From: Obrimoposthia wandeli
Taxonomy: Eukaryota
Direction: 5' to 3'
Length of the DNA stretch: 64,000 nt
Assembly: GCA_977020255.1 (NCBI GenBank)
Contig: CDROCS010000506.1
Span: 1,240,001 to 1,304,000 of the forward strand
The translations under genes were made by a program, and so were the position numbers. Below, piece after piece: positions 31,277 through 40,864 of the stretch (its first letter is position 1; each line of letters starts with the position of its first letter). Under the pieces are notes generated by a model. That model was not told where the DNA came from and did no database searches. It saw nothing but the letters and a program-made list of their open reading frames with translations.

Positions 31277-31395
31277 GTTAAATACAAATTTAACAAGTAG
31301 GGAATAAAAAACCTTAACTACGAGTAGTCCACTATAAACCCTTCTAATTTCTTCTATATCATTAATTTAATAAACTTCTGTTCAACGTCATGATC

Positions 31396-31430
31396 AAAAA
31401 AATCCCGCTTACTGCAAATAAGCGGGATTT
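31396..31430. terminator. Terminator between lipoprotein cluster and porin 1
   Basis: AAATCCCGCTTA-N7-TAAGCGGGATTT with a 7-U run on the minus strand. Confidence 0.8.
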
Positions 31431-31483
31431 GATATAAATATCTGTTACTTCTGCTACAGAAAAGACTACAAAACCGACAGAAG

Positions 31484-31517
31484 TAGGTAGCGTGAACGAT
31501 TGCTTTCACGCTACCTA
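31484..31517. repeat. GTAG-preceded perfect 13-bp hairpin (REP-like) in the porin 1 3' UTR
   Basis: TAGGTAGCGTGAA-CGATTGCT-TTCACGCTACCTA. Confidence 0.5.
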
Positions 31518-31562
31518 ACAGGAGATAAAATTCAATGCATAGTTACATTGAATGAATCAACC

Positions 31563-32531
31563 TTAGAAAGAGTAACGAGCACCAACGATGAATTCGTCTG
31601 CGTTATTATTGTTGTGAGCTTTACCAGCAGTTGTATCGTTGTTAAGCGCAACTTTATAACCAGCGTATGCAGCTACGTCACCGATATAACGGCCATATTC
31701 AAATGCAACGAAGTTAACATCTTTAAGCTCTTTAACGCTTTGATCATCAGCACTAAAATAGTTATATGAAACGCTTACTTTGTTTTCGCCAAAACCATAA
31801 GAAGCGAATGCGTCAACGGCATCGAAATCTGTATCGAATGCAGTACCTTTTTGTAGTAGACCTGATACTAAAACACCACCATTAGTGTAGCGAGCACCTA
31901 ACATGTATACATCTGATGATTTTGTATCATCATATACTGAAGAATCTCTCGTTTCAAAGCCTTCTGTTGATGCATAACCAGCACTTACTTCAACGCTTGG
32001 TAGCAATTTATAAGCAGCCATCAAACCGCCGCCTTTTTCATTTGCCTGTAGATTAGCTGATGCGTTAAATGTTAAATCACCTTTAGCAACACTATACAGG
32101 ATCGTATCTACAGCTCGGTCACCGCTAGCAGTAATACCTTTGTTTGTTTCGCCGCTATAAACCTCAGCAACATCGGTAAAGTTAGTAAGATAAGTAACAG
32201 CGTTATCTTGTGTACCGTATGTCAAAGTACCGTGTGCAGTTTCAACACCAACGTATGCATAACGCACGTTATTATCAACAGAAGTACTTTCTTCTTGTGT
32301 TAATTCATATTCAAATTTACCAACGGCAGTTAAAGCTTCATTAATCTCATGCTTACCTTGACCGTTAATACGTACTCGTGATTTATCATTGAAATCACTA
32401 TCAGCAAGCGCAGCTTTCGCTTCAATACGACCACCAAAAGAAAAATCATCAGTGTTGATATTTGCAGCAAGCGTAGGCATAGATACGATTGCTGCTAGTG
32501 TAAGAGATAATGCTTTATTTATTTTGTTCAT
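31563..32531 (-). CDS. General diffusion porin (Gram-negative porin, OmpU/OmpC-like), paralog 1
   Basis: Signal peptide ending TLA, SRVRING, VGKFEY, RYAYVG, TYGTQD, C-terminal GARYSF. Confidence 0.9.
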   Translation of the reverse strand: MNKINKALSLTLAAIVSMPTLAANINTDDFSFGGRIEAKAALADSDFNDKSRVRINGQGKHEINEALTAVGKFEYELTQEESTSVDNNVRYAYVGVETAHGTLTYGTQDNAVTYLTNFTDVAEVYSGETNKGITASGDRAVDTILYSVAKGDLTFNASANLQANEKGGGLMAAYKLLPSVEVSAGYASTEGFETRDSSVYDDTKSSDVYMLGARYTNGGVLVSGLLQKGTAFDTDFDAVDAFASYGFGENKVSVSYNYFSADDQSVKELKDVNFVAFEYGRYIGDVAAYAGYKVALNNDTTAGKAHNNNNADEFIVGARYSF

Positions 32532-32783
32532 GAACAATTCCATTTAAATGCTGTTGATAGTTAAAAGTGATAATTACAGTTGAGTATTGAAATTAATACT
32601 TCAACATAATTACTAAAATTAATATGAGAATTAGTAAAAACGTAGATTAACCCAAGTTTAAACGTACACTCAACCATAAATACTAATAAAGAACTTAATG
32701 ATAGTGTATTCCTTTTACTTAACTTTACTTTGATCAAAATCAGGTATCATTGAGCTCATACAACTTTATGAGTACCATTCTGC

Positions 32784-33125
32784 TTAATGGTATACCCGCC
32801 CTAATTGTTTCACCTCAATTTCGATTAACTTACCGCTGCTGAATTTAAACTGAACATCAAATTGACCTCCTACCGAAGCATCCAAAATATAGCGATGAGG
32901 TCCAATTTTTTCAGCCGATTTATCTTGTTTGATCATTGCCATCACTTCTGAATATTTCATTTCAGTACCGCTTATCAGTAAACCACCACTGTTAAGCCGA
33001 AAGAAATCCTCCGCTTTGGCATAAACTGGCGGTGATATAGATAATGTGAAGAATAGTGTGATAAATAGCAGAATTAAAGCTTTGGTTAATCGTATGGGCG
33101 TAACCCCTGATAATCTTAACGGCAT
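32784..33125 (-). CDS. Hypothetical exported protein (113 aa)
   Basis: Hydrophobic N-terminal signal ending VYA; no family recognised with confidence. Confidence 0.6.
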   Translation of the reverse strand: MPLRLSGVTPIRLTKALILLFITLFFTLSISPPVYAKAEDFFRLNSGGLLISGTEMKYSEVMAMIKQDKSAEKIGPHRYILDASVGGQFDVQFKFSSGKLIEIEVKQLGRVYH

Positions 33126-33310
33126 GCACTCATCCTTGAGTTCGCGAAATGAATTAATACCTTAACACGCTAGAATAAAGAGGAAAAATAAGTATTTAAG
33201 ATGGGATATATACGTTTGAATAGCGTCAGGAATAACAGTGGATAGATAGGTATAAAAAAGCCCCCTAGAAGGAGGCTAATATGACAAATATTACTATTAA
33301 TTAGTTAGTC

Positions 33311-34282
33311 TTAGAAAGAATAACGAGCACCAATAATGAATTCGTCTGCATTCTTATTGTTAGGACCGCTACCAGCAGATGTATCATCATCTAACGCAAT
33401 TTTATAACTTGCGTATGCTGCAACGTCACCGATGTAACGTGCGTATTCGAATGCCACAAAGTTTAAATCTAGCTCATTAAAATCATCAGCACTGTAGTAG
33501 TTATATGAAACGTTAACAGTGTTCTCGCCAAATGAGTAAGCTGCGAATGCATCAACAGCATCGAAATCTGAACCGCCATAGCTACCCGCTTGTACAAGAC
33601 CAGACACTAACAAACCATCTTTCGTATAACGTGCACCAATCATGTAAACGTCTGATGATTCAGTCTCGTCAGCATCTGTATCAATATTGTTAGTCGTAAA
33701 ACCTTCTGTACCAGCATAACCCGCACTAATTTCGATATTTTGGTGTACTTTATAAGCAACCATTAAGCCGCCACCATTTTCGGTCGCTTTTAGGTTAGCC
33801 GATGCATGAACTGTTAAGTCACCTTTATTTACAGTATAAAGCACGGTATCTTCAGATCTATCACCACTTGCAGTGATACTTTCGTTAGTGTAGCCACTGA
33901 AATATTCAGCCATATCTGTAAAATTAGTCAGATAGGTAACAGCGTTATCTTGCGTACCATATGTTACCGTACCATAAGCTGTTTCTGCACCAACGTATGC
34001 ATAACGCGTTTTATTTTGTACTGTCGTATCCGATGAGTTATCTTCTTGCGTTAGTTCAAATTCGAATTTACCAACAGCTGTTACATCATCATTGATAACA
34101 TGCTTGCCTTGACCATTTAAACGTACACGTGATTTGTCACCAAAGTCACTATCAGTCAATCCAGCTCTTGCTTCAACACGACCACCAAAAGAAAAATCAT
34201 CGGTATTTACATTCTCAGCAAGTGTTGGCATAGATACGATTGCAGCTAATGTAAGAGACAATGCTTTATTTAATTTGTTCAT
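33311..34282 (-). CDS. General diffusion porin, paralog 2
   Basis: Near-identical signal peptide and beta-strand motifs to paralog 1 (NADEFIIGARYSF); loops diverged. Confidence 0.9.
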   Translation of the reverse strand: MNKLNKALSLTLAAIVSMPTLAENVNTDDFSFGGRVEARAGLTDSDFGDKSRVRLNGQGKHVINDDVTAVGKFEFELTQEDNSSDTTVQNKTRYAYVGAETAYGTVTYGTQDNAVTYLTNFTDMAEYFSGYTNESITASGDRSEDTVLYTVNKGDLTVHASANLKATENGGGLMVAYKVHQNIEISAGYAGTEGFTTNNIDTDADETESSDVYMIGARYTKDGLLVSGLVQAGSYGGSDFDAVDAFAAYSFGENTVNVSYNYYSADDFNELDLNFVAFEYARYIGDVAAYASYKIALDDDTSAGSGPNNKNADEFIIGARYSF

Positions 34283-34593
34283 AAAAATTCCAGTATTGAT
34301 AAAGTCGAAGGTTAAAACAAGTTGTTACGCAGTCGCTATCTATAAGCATCATTAATACTATCAGTCTGAGTACGTGTACCTTGCCTTGCTTGTGAACATT
34401 ATATTAGTAAAACTAATACCTGGTAACTAGTAAAAATACCAGATCACGGTATTTTTTGAATCTCGATGGAACTTCTCCCCCGAAATGAAACATATAAACG
34501 ATTAAAAACACCATCATGCCGTGTTATATTTTAATAAACAGCAAGTTAGTCACGTTCAATACAATGAAGTGCATTGAAAAAAGGAATAAGTTA

Positions 34594-35703
34594 ATGGACA
34601 AGAAAGATCTTAAAATAGCCATCGTCGGTGCGGGATTAAACGGTCTAGCGCTGGCTTTATCACTACGCATGTTTGGCATTGAAGCGACTATTTATGAAAA
34701 AGCAGATAAGCCAAGAGCCGCTGGTACAGGTATTATCATGTGGCCAGAGGGCATGCAGATCTTAGCTGCATTAACTGATGCTGAAAAAGTGAAAACGATA
34801 GGCAATAGTGTTGATCTGATTACGACATTAACTGCGACATCAGAAATGATTAACCAGCTATCAATGCAAGTGACAGACAGTAACGTTAACGCCCCGATAG
34901 GCCTATTTCATCGACGAGACCTTTACCAGTTATTGTTAACCGAACTCGGTGAAGATAATATTCTGACAGGTCAGCACTGCAGTGTCGAAAATGAAGTTAT
35001 TCTGATTAACGGTGAGCCGCTTATTGCTGACGTTATTATCGGCGCTGATGGGTTATTTTCACAAGTTCGCCAGTTTGTAGCGCCAGAAGTGAGCATACGC
35101 CAACCCGGTGTTTACTGTTGTCGTGGGACCGTTGACTTTAATGCACCTGAGATAAGTGACGATGAATGTTATGTGTTTGCTGGCATGCAATCGCGTATTG
35201 TTACCTATACTTATGACCGAAAGAATCATTCTAAATATTGGTTTGCAGCATGCCCTGTCGCAGAAGGTGAAACGCTGAATAAATCACGTATTTTAGAAAA
35301 GTTTGCCCACTATTCACCGTTTTTACTGGAAATTATAAAAAATACACCAGAATCACAGATCATCCCCTCGCCTTTAGCAGATATCGCACCTTTCTCGCAA
35401 TGGAGCAGAGACAATGCGGTATTACTTGGCGATGCATGTTGTTCGGTATTACCAACCATGGGCATAGGCTTTAGTTTAGGTATTGAAAACGCCTATATTC
35501 TTGCGCAGAGTCTCGCGGCTAACTTTAGCGATATACCGAATGCCTTACTGCGCTATCAGCATCGAGCGCAACAACGTTCACATGATTTACAGAATATTAC
35601 GCATCGATTGAGCCAACTAACTTACATCGAACCTTTCAACCCAGTTGAAGTACAGAGCTTATATCAGCAGTTTACAACCGTGAATAGCCGCTCGGTGTTT
35701 TAA
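34594..35703 (+). CDS. FAD-dependent (class A flavoprotein) monooxygenase, substrate unknown
   Basis: IAIVGAGLNG (GxGxxG), IIGADG, LLGDAC motifs. ATG 34594 follows AAGGA. Confidence 0.88.
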   Translation: MDKKDLKIAIVGAGLNGLALALSLRMFGIEATIYEKADKPRAAGTGIIMWPEGMQILAALTDAEKVKTIGNSVDLITTLTATSEMINQLSMQVTDSNVNAPIGLFHRRDLYQLLLTELGEDNILTGQHCSVENEVILINGEPLIADVIIGADGLFSQVRQFVAPEVSIRQPGVYCCRGTVDFNAPEISDDECYVFAGMQSRIVTYTYDRKNHSKYWFAACPVAEGETLNKSRILEKFAHYSPFLLEIIKNTPESQIIPSPLADIAPFSQWSRDNAVLLGDACCSVLPTMGIGFSLGIENAYILAQSLAANFSDIPNALLRYQHRAQQRSHDLQNITHRLSQLTYIEPFNPVEVQSLYQQFTTVNSRSVF

Positions 35704-35717
35704 TCCCGAGTACAAAA

Positions 35718-35762
35718 AAGCCTATTGAAAGTCACTTCATCAAAGTGCATTTCAATAGGCTT
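35718..35762. terminator. Terminator between the monooxygenase and a convergent small ORF
   Basis: AAGCCTATTGAAA...TTTCAATAGGCTT 13-bp stem; U-run on the minus strand. Confidence 0.75.
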
Positions 35763-35783
35763 CCCATAATCATAGCTCGTAAG

Positions 35784-35903
35784 TTATTTCTTTAGCTTCA
35801 CTAACTTGCCACAGCTATTACATTTATAAACGCTACTATAAAATAATTTCTGTAACCAAGTTCGGCTTATTTTAATCACTCGACCATCTTTACAACACTT
35901 CAT
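35784..35903 (-). CDS. 39-aa Cys-rich basic small protein (possible zinc ribbon): MKCCKDGRVIKISRTWLQKLFYSSVYKCNSCGKLVKLKK
   Basis: Not in ORF track. AAGGA RBS 5 nt before ATG 35903, TAA at 35784, CC...CxxC. Confidence 0.65.
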   Translation of the reverse strand: MKCCKDGRVIKISRTWLQKLFYSSVYKCNSCGKLVKLKK

Positions 35904-36290
35904 ATTAATCCTTACACCTTGATTGCAAACTCCGTATTAAATACGGTAATAACATCAATATACCGAACAACCTCAGCCCTATTTTTCCATAAGCTTACGT
36001 GAGGTAGTTCACAGTGTTACATTTAGAAACAAATCGATGCTGCATGATATAGATTACAAATTAAAATAATATATCGTATTAGGAAAAGCATTCTTAAATG
36101 ATATATTTTTCATTTAAAGTAATAAATAGACAGTAAAGATGTGGGTTAATACGAGAATCTGTCATTTTTTAGTATAGATAACAGCTAGAAATGTGAAAAA
36201 AAAGTTAACCTGAATGGCTAACTTTAGTGAGGAACACTTATTTTTAATACACCGTGTTTTTATTAATCTCGCGATAAAAGATCAAACTGG

Positions 36291-36766
36291 CTAACCTAGT
36301 GCTTTAACACTGTCTCGCTCAACTAAGGTTGGTTCTAATTCGATGATCTGGTTGCTCTCTGTTTTCGAGTTTATTTGTGCCAGCAACATATCCACGGCCT
36401 TTTGCCCTAAACGGTGCTTAGGCTGGTGAATTGTCGTTAATGAAGGAGTGATATATTTGGCTAACTTAATGTCATCGTAACCGATAATAGACAGGTCTTG
36501 TGGTACTGAAATGCCCTTTTTACTCGCGCTATTAATCACGCTCATCGCCATCATGTCATTACAGACAAACAATGCCGAGGGTAATGGACCATTAGCAACC
36601 ATTTCAGCAGAGGCTTTTTCGCCACCTTCACATTCAAAGTTCCCTGCCGTCACCCAATTGGGATTAATCGCCAACCCCGCTTCTTCCATTGCTTGGGTAA
36701 AACCAGCAAAACGCTGCTGCGCTGTTAACTTATCTAACACACCGGTAATACAGCCAATCTCAGTAT
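36291..36766 (-). pseudogene. rbsR: Orphan 3' half of rbsR (no HTH, no start)
   Basis: Collinear with 46307-46782 at offset 10016. Homology ends abruptly at 36766 (TEIGCITG); an in-frame stop lies just upstream. Confidence 0.92.
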
Positions 36767-37018
36767 CACCATATCCACACGGAAATATTTAATTTTCTTT
36801 CCTTCTCCGCGTTGACTGATATCGAGCAGTGCAAACGATATAAATTCGAATTTACACTTTCAAAAACATTCACAGAACTACCACAGTGAAATGAATAGAC
36901 TTATTACCTTCTGATGTCGTCCCAGTCATTAACAACTCGTCATCCGCAAGACGATAATAAGCACCAAGCGAATAATGAGTGACTTGTTAACAATGTGTAT
37001 ATGACTGTAATTTCTATA

Positions 37019-37444
37019 CTAGCGCACCACAAATACAGAGCAAGGTGCATGACGAACTATTTTTGCTGCATTAGATCCCAATAAATAAGACCGAAATCCG
37101 GGTTTAGCTGATGCCATAACAATCGCATCAGCATTACTTTTTTTCGCTTGTGCAACGACTTCATCAAACACAGTACCATTACGAACAATACACCGCCCCC
37201 TATGCCGCTTAGGAACAACGGTATCCAACATGGCTTGTACTGCTAATTCGGTCGTATTATGTTTTTCAGCAAGACGGTCACTAACAGCCGTTAAAGCCAT
37301 GCGCCGATGGATAGCAGTATCATCAACAAATAACATATCAATAACCCCATCATCAGCGAGAAGCTTAAGCGCCATCGAAACCTCTTTTTCGACAATCTCA
37401 TTAAATGCTAAATCAACAGGCATCAATATATGTTTCAAGCTCAT
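37019..37444 (-). CDS. Universal stress protein (TRAP-associated, TeaD/UspF-like)
   Basis: ILMPVDL, ADAIVMAS, YLLGSNAAKIVRHAPCSVFVVR. Confidence 0.92.
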   Translation of the reverse strand: MSLKHILMPVDLAFNEIVEKEVSMALKLLADDGVIDMLFVDDTAIHRRMALTAVSDRLAEKHNTTELAVQAMLDTVVPKRHRGRCIVRNGTVFDEVVAQAKKSNADAIVMASAKPGFRSYLLGSNAAKIVRHAPCSVFVVR

Positions 37445-38767
37445 CTAACCCTCTCCCATTAATTTATTAGGTAACCATAAAACTATTTCAGGAAATACCA
37501 TGCACAAAATTAATACCGATAGCTTTAATAAAATAAATGGCGCTATTGAACGGTAAATATCCATCATGGTAACACCTGGTGGTGCAATACCTTTAAGATA
37601 AAACAGCGCGAATCCATAAGGTGGCGTCTGCACAGCAATCTCTATATTTAAGATCATCAAGATACCAAACCAAATAGGATCATAGCCAAGCCCAACCACA
37701 ATGGGTGCAAATAGTGGCGCACACATTAAGACAATAATGAGTTCATCAACAATAAATCCAAGTAATAACATGATGACTTGCATCATGATAATTACACCTA
37801 ATGGCGGTAGATTGAGCTCATTAGTGATGTCAGCCACCATGTCTTGTACACCGCTGAGCATATGAAAATTACTAAATAATGAAGCACCTAGAATAATCCA
37901 CATCGAAACACTGACCAACATAGCGGTTTCAAAGCCTGAAGACTTTAACATTTTCCAACGAAAACGTTTAAAGACTATCGCTAATAAAATCGCACCAACC
38001 ACACCAATAGCGCCCGACTCTGTTGGTGTCGCAATACCGGTAATGATACTACCTAGCACAGCCACTATCAGTAGCAAAGAAAATAGGCCATCACGCCCCG
38101 TCTTAAATTTCTCTTTTTTACTCATGTTTTTTTCAGCACCTGTATCCATAGGTGCTTTTTCGGGATTTATTTTGCAGCTAATAACGACGTATGCAACTAA
38201 AAACGTAATGGATATCAATGCGGGTATCAACGCAGCTATAAACATACGTCCAACTGAATTTTGAGTTGCAGCCGAATACATGATCATTGGAATACTTGGC
38301 GGGATCAAAATCCCTAGACCACCGCCAGCCATAATGACACCAAGCGCCAAACGTTTATCGTAACCACGCTCTAGCATTGGTTTCAAAGCTATGCTTCCGG
38401 ATGTCATAATACCCGCGCCGATGATCCCTACCATAGCGCCAATCATAGAACATACGCCAATAACACTTATAGCTAGTGATCCACGAATACGACCTAGGAC
38501 CATCTGACTGGCATTAAACATTGCGTCGCCAATACCAGACCGGGTTAATAATTGCCCCATATAAATGTACAGCGGAATTGCTAATAAAATAAAACTAAAA
38601 AACGTGCTCTCAAGGGTAGTAGGGATCAGATTGTAAATGCCTTCCCCCCAAGTCAGATAGCCCATTCCCATCGCGATACCGCCTAACGCTAGCCCAACCG
38701 GAGCGCCAAATGAAAAGCATGTTAAAATCAAACCAATTAACAACAGTGTTAATACTTCAATACTCAT
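37445..38767 (-). CDS. TRAP transporter large permease (DctM)
   Basis: LLAIPLYIYMG, GGLGILIPPSIPMI, TPTESGAIG, TPPYGFALFYLKG. Confidence 0.95.
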   Translation of the reverse strand: MSIEVLTLLLIGLILTCFSFGAPVGLALGGIAMGMGYLTWGEGIYNLIPTTLESTFFSFILLAIPLYIYMGQLLTRSGIGDAMFNASQMVLGRIRGSLAISVIGVCSMIGAMVGIIGAGIMTSGSIALKPMLERGYDKRLALGVIMAGGGLGILIPPSIPMIMYSAATQNSVGRMFIAALIPALISITFLVAYVVISCKINPEKAPMDTGAEKNMSKKEKFKTGRDGLFSLLLIVAVLGSIITGIATPTESGAIGVVGAILLAIVFKRFRWKMLKSSGFETAMLVSVSMWIILGASLFSNFHMLSGVQDMVADITNELNLPPLGVIIMMQVIMLLLGFIVDELIIVLMCAPLFAPIVVGLGYDPIWFGILMILNIEIAVQTPPYGFALFYLKGIAPPGVTMMDIYRSIAPFILLKLSVLILCMVFPEIVLWLPNKLMGEG

Positions 38768-39372
38768 AAGTTAGCTCTTTCTAATTCTGTGTCGACAGAC
38801 TCAACATCTGCCATCGCTACTGACTCTTGCTTTTCACTTTGTGATTCCAGTAATACATTCCCAGTAATAATAAAAAAAGCATCTTGCAGTAAATCACTAA
38901 TGTACTGCAGTATGAATACACTACATGCAATGGTCATCATGACCCAAAAATGCACCATAGATGGGGCCCACTCAGATTGTCGACGATAGTTAAATTCAAC
39001 TGCTTCGTCGTATTTATTTAAGCTAATCAGGATCACAATTGATAAAAAATAAATAGCTAAGCTATATGACAGTAAATTGCAGATTGCTTTCATCCGAGCA
39101 GACAGCGATAGGTAAATAACATCGACATTGATATGCGCTTTTTTTTGCTGTGCTAACGCACCGCCTAAAGCCGCAATATAGCCAAATAAAAATAGGGATA
39201 TGTCGTAAGCCCATATGGTTGGGCTGCCGAGTACATAACGAGAGAAAACCTCAAAAGCGACTGTAAAAGCTAACAATGGCATTAATATTGACGCTGAAAA
39301 ACCGACAAAATAAACGCATTTATTAATAGCTGAACATAAACGCTTCAGTATCGTTTTAAACATAATTATCAT
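38764..39372 (-). CDS. TRAP transporter small permease (DctQ)
   Basis: FEVFSRYVLGSPTIWAYD, HINVDV; four TM segments; overlaps dctM by 4 nt. Confidence 0.93.
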   Translation of the reverse strand: MIIMFKTILKRLCSAINKCVYFVGFSASILMPLLAFTVAFEVFSRYVLGSPTIWAYDISLFLFGYIAALGGALAQQKKAHINVDVIYLSLSARMKAICNLLSYSLAIYFLSIVILISLNKYDEAVEFNYRRQSEWAPSMVHFWVMMTIACSVFILQYISDLLQDAFFIITGNVLLESQSEKQESVAMADVESVDTELERANL

Positions 39373-39478
39373 CCTTGCTTACAGCACTAAACTACTTACT
39401 AAATAAGTATCTGTTATCCATAGACAATGTGCTTCGAAGCTAATCGAGGTGTGTATACTCCTCGATTAGCATACGTCA

Positions 39479-40585
39479 TTATTGCTGTAATATTTCGACC
39501 AATTTACTGCTATATTTATCTGAATTAGCGTATTCAGACCAAAGTGCGTTTGCCGTTGAATTCCATTTTTCAACATCTGCCTTCGTTGGCTCAGGGCTCC
39601 ATTGCATCCCTTGTGCTTCCATATCGGTGATCGCTTTAGTTTCCCATAAACGAGATTTAGTCATCTGCTCAGTTGCGTGTAACGCGCTCGCACTACGCAC
39701 AATAGCTTGCAGATCTTTTGGTAGTTTATTCCACTCACCTTTATTCACCACGATAGGTAATACTTGTGCGCCAGCAATCGGTAATCGATACATATATTTC
39801 GCTACTTCTGCATGTTTACCATCGCGATGATCGATAATATTACTACCAATTGAACCATCAATAACACCTGTAGCAAGACTGGTATAAATCTCACTCCAAG
39901 ATAGAGACGTCGGTGACGCCCCTAATTTTCGCAAAAACTTACCGTAAGCACCTGGCGCTCGAATTTTCAAACCTTTAAAATCAGCAATGCTATTGATAGG
40001 TTCTTTAGTCAAAATATAAACTGGCAATTGAATGTAAGGTTCTAACCAAACTAAGTTCTGCTTATCGTAAGCTTCCGTTAACACGTCACCCCAACCTTTT
40101 TCACGAAATAACGTACTTAACTCACCTACATCACTGGTTGTGCCAGGTAACCCAACTTCTACTACACCAGGAGGAAACTCACCCGCATGCATAGGTTGGA
40201 AAGGCGCCCCCATAGTCATCAGACCAGATTTAACCGAACCAAATACACCAGTTTGGCCAACACCCTCACCGGCATACATCATTTTCACTTTAATTCGGCC
40301 ATTTGACATCACTCCAATGTTATCTGAAAAATTTTTATAAACTTCACCATAAGCAGTACCGCGTGAATATAAATTCACAAAACGCCAGTTATATTCAGCT
40401 GCCATAACGCTTGGAATGGCACCTAATGTGGCAATCAGCGTTAATGCTGCTCCAGCCAAAGAGCGTTTCATGCGAGCTGTTAACAGCTTACTAAAGAGAT
40501 TGTTAGACATAGTATTCCTTGTTAATTTATTCCTTGATAAAGAAATATTCACCATGAATATTTCTTTGACTGACCAACTTACCAA
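39479..40585 (-). CDS. TRAP substrate-binding protein (DctP family); true start uncertain (40585 or downstream)
   Basis: Signal ending VMA, DFKGLKIRAPG (conserved Arg), WSEIYTSLATGVIDG. Confidence 0.92.
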   Translation of the reverse strand: MVSWSVKEIFMVNISLSRNKLTRNTMSNNLFSKLLTARMKRSLAGAALTLIATLGAIPSVMAAEYNWRFVNLYSRGTAYGEVYKNFSDNIGVMSNGRIKVKMMYAGEGVGQTGVFGSVKSGLMTMGAPFQPMHAGEFPPGVVEVGLPGTTSDVGELSTLFREKGWGDVLTEAYDKQNLVWLEPYIQLPVYILTKEPINSIADFKGLKIRAPGAYGKFLRKLGASPTSLSWSEIYTSLATGVIDGSIGSNIIDHRDGKHAEVAKYMYRLPIAGAQVLPIVVNKGEWNKLPKDLQAIVRSASALHATEQMTKSRLWETKAITDMEAQGMQWSPEPTKADVEKWNSTANALWSEYANSDKYSSKLVEILQQ

Positions 40586-40864
40586 ATAAGCCGGCTCAAT
40601 ATGAACTGTGTATAATTATTCATTTTATTATCACAAACGCCAATTCATGACACACTGTCGCATTTTCATGCGCGAGATTAAACCTGACTGTTTCCAACTA
40701 AAGTTTGAAAATATTCAAACCATTAATATTAACCATTTCTTGATAAATCTCAGCGGGTCATGGTTTATCCTTAAATAGAGATCACCAAGACAAAATGCCA
40801 GCAGCCACTATTAAAGCGACTTCATTGCAATAAAAATTAATTTTTCAAGTCAAGCTGATTAAGC

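Noticed and set aside
29646-36290. Prophage or integrative element at ssrA
   Set aside because: No integrase, no phage genes, and no duplicate of the ssrA 3' end (CCCCGACTCCACCA) was found; only the downstream hairpin is repeated.
36790-37010. Startless minus-strand frame THYSLGAYYRLADDELLMTG, faintly like an FAD oxidoreductase fragment
   Set aside because: Too short and bounded by stops; similarity cannot be supported without a search.
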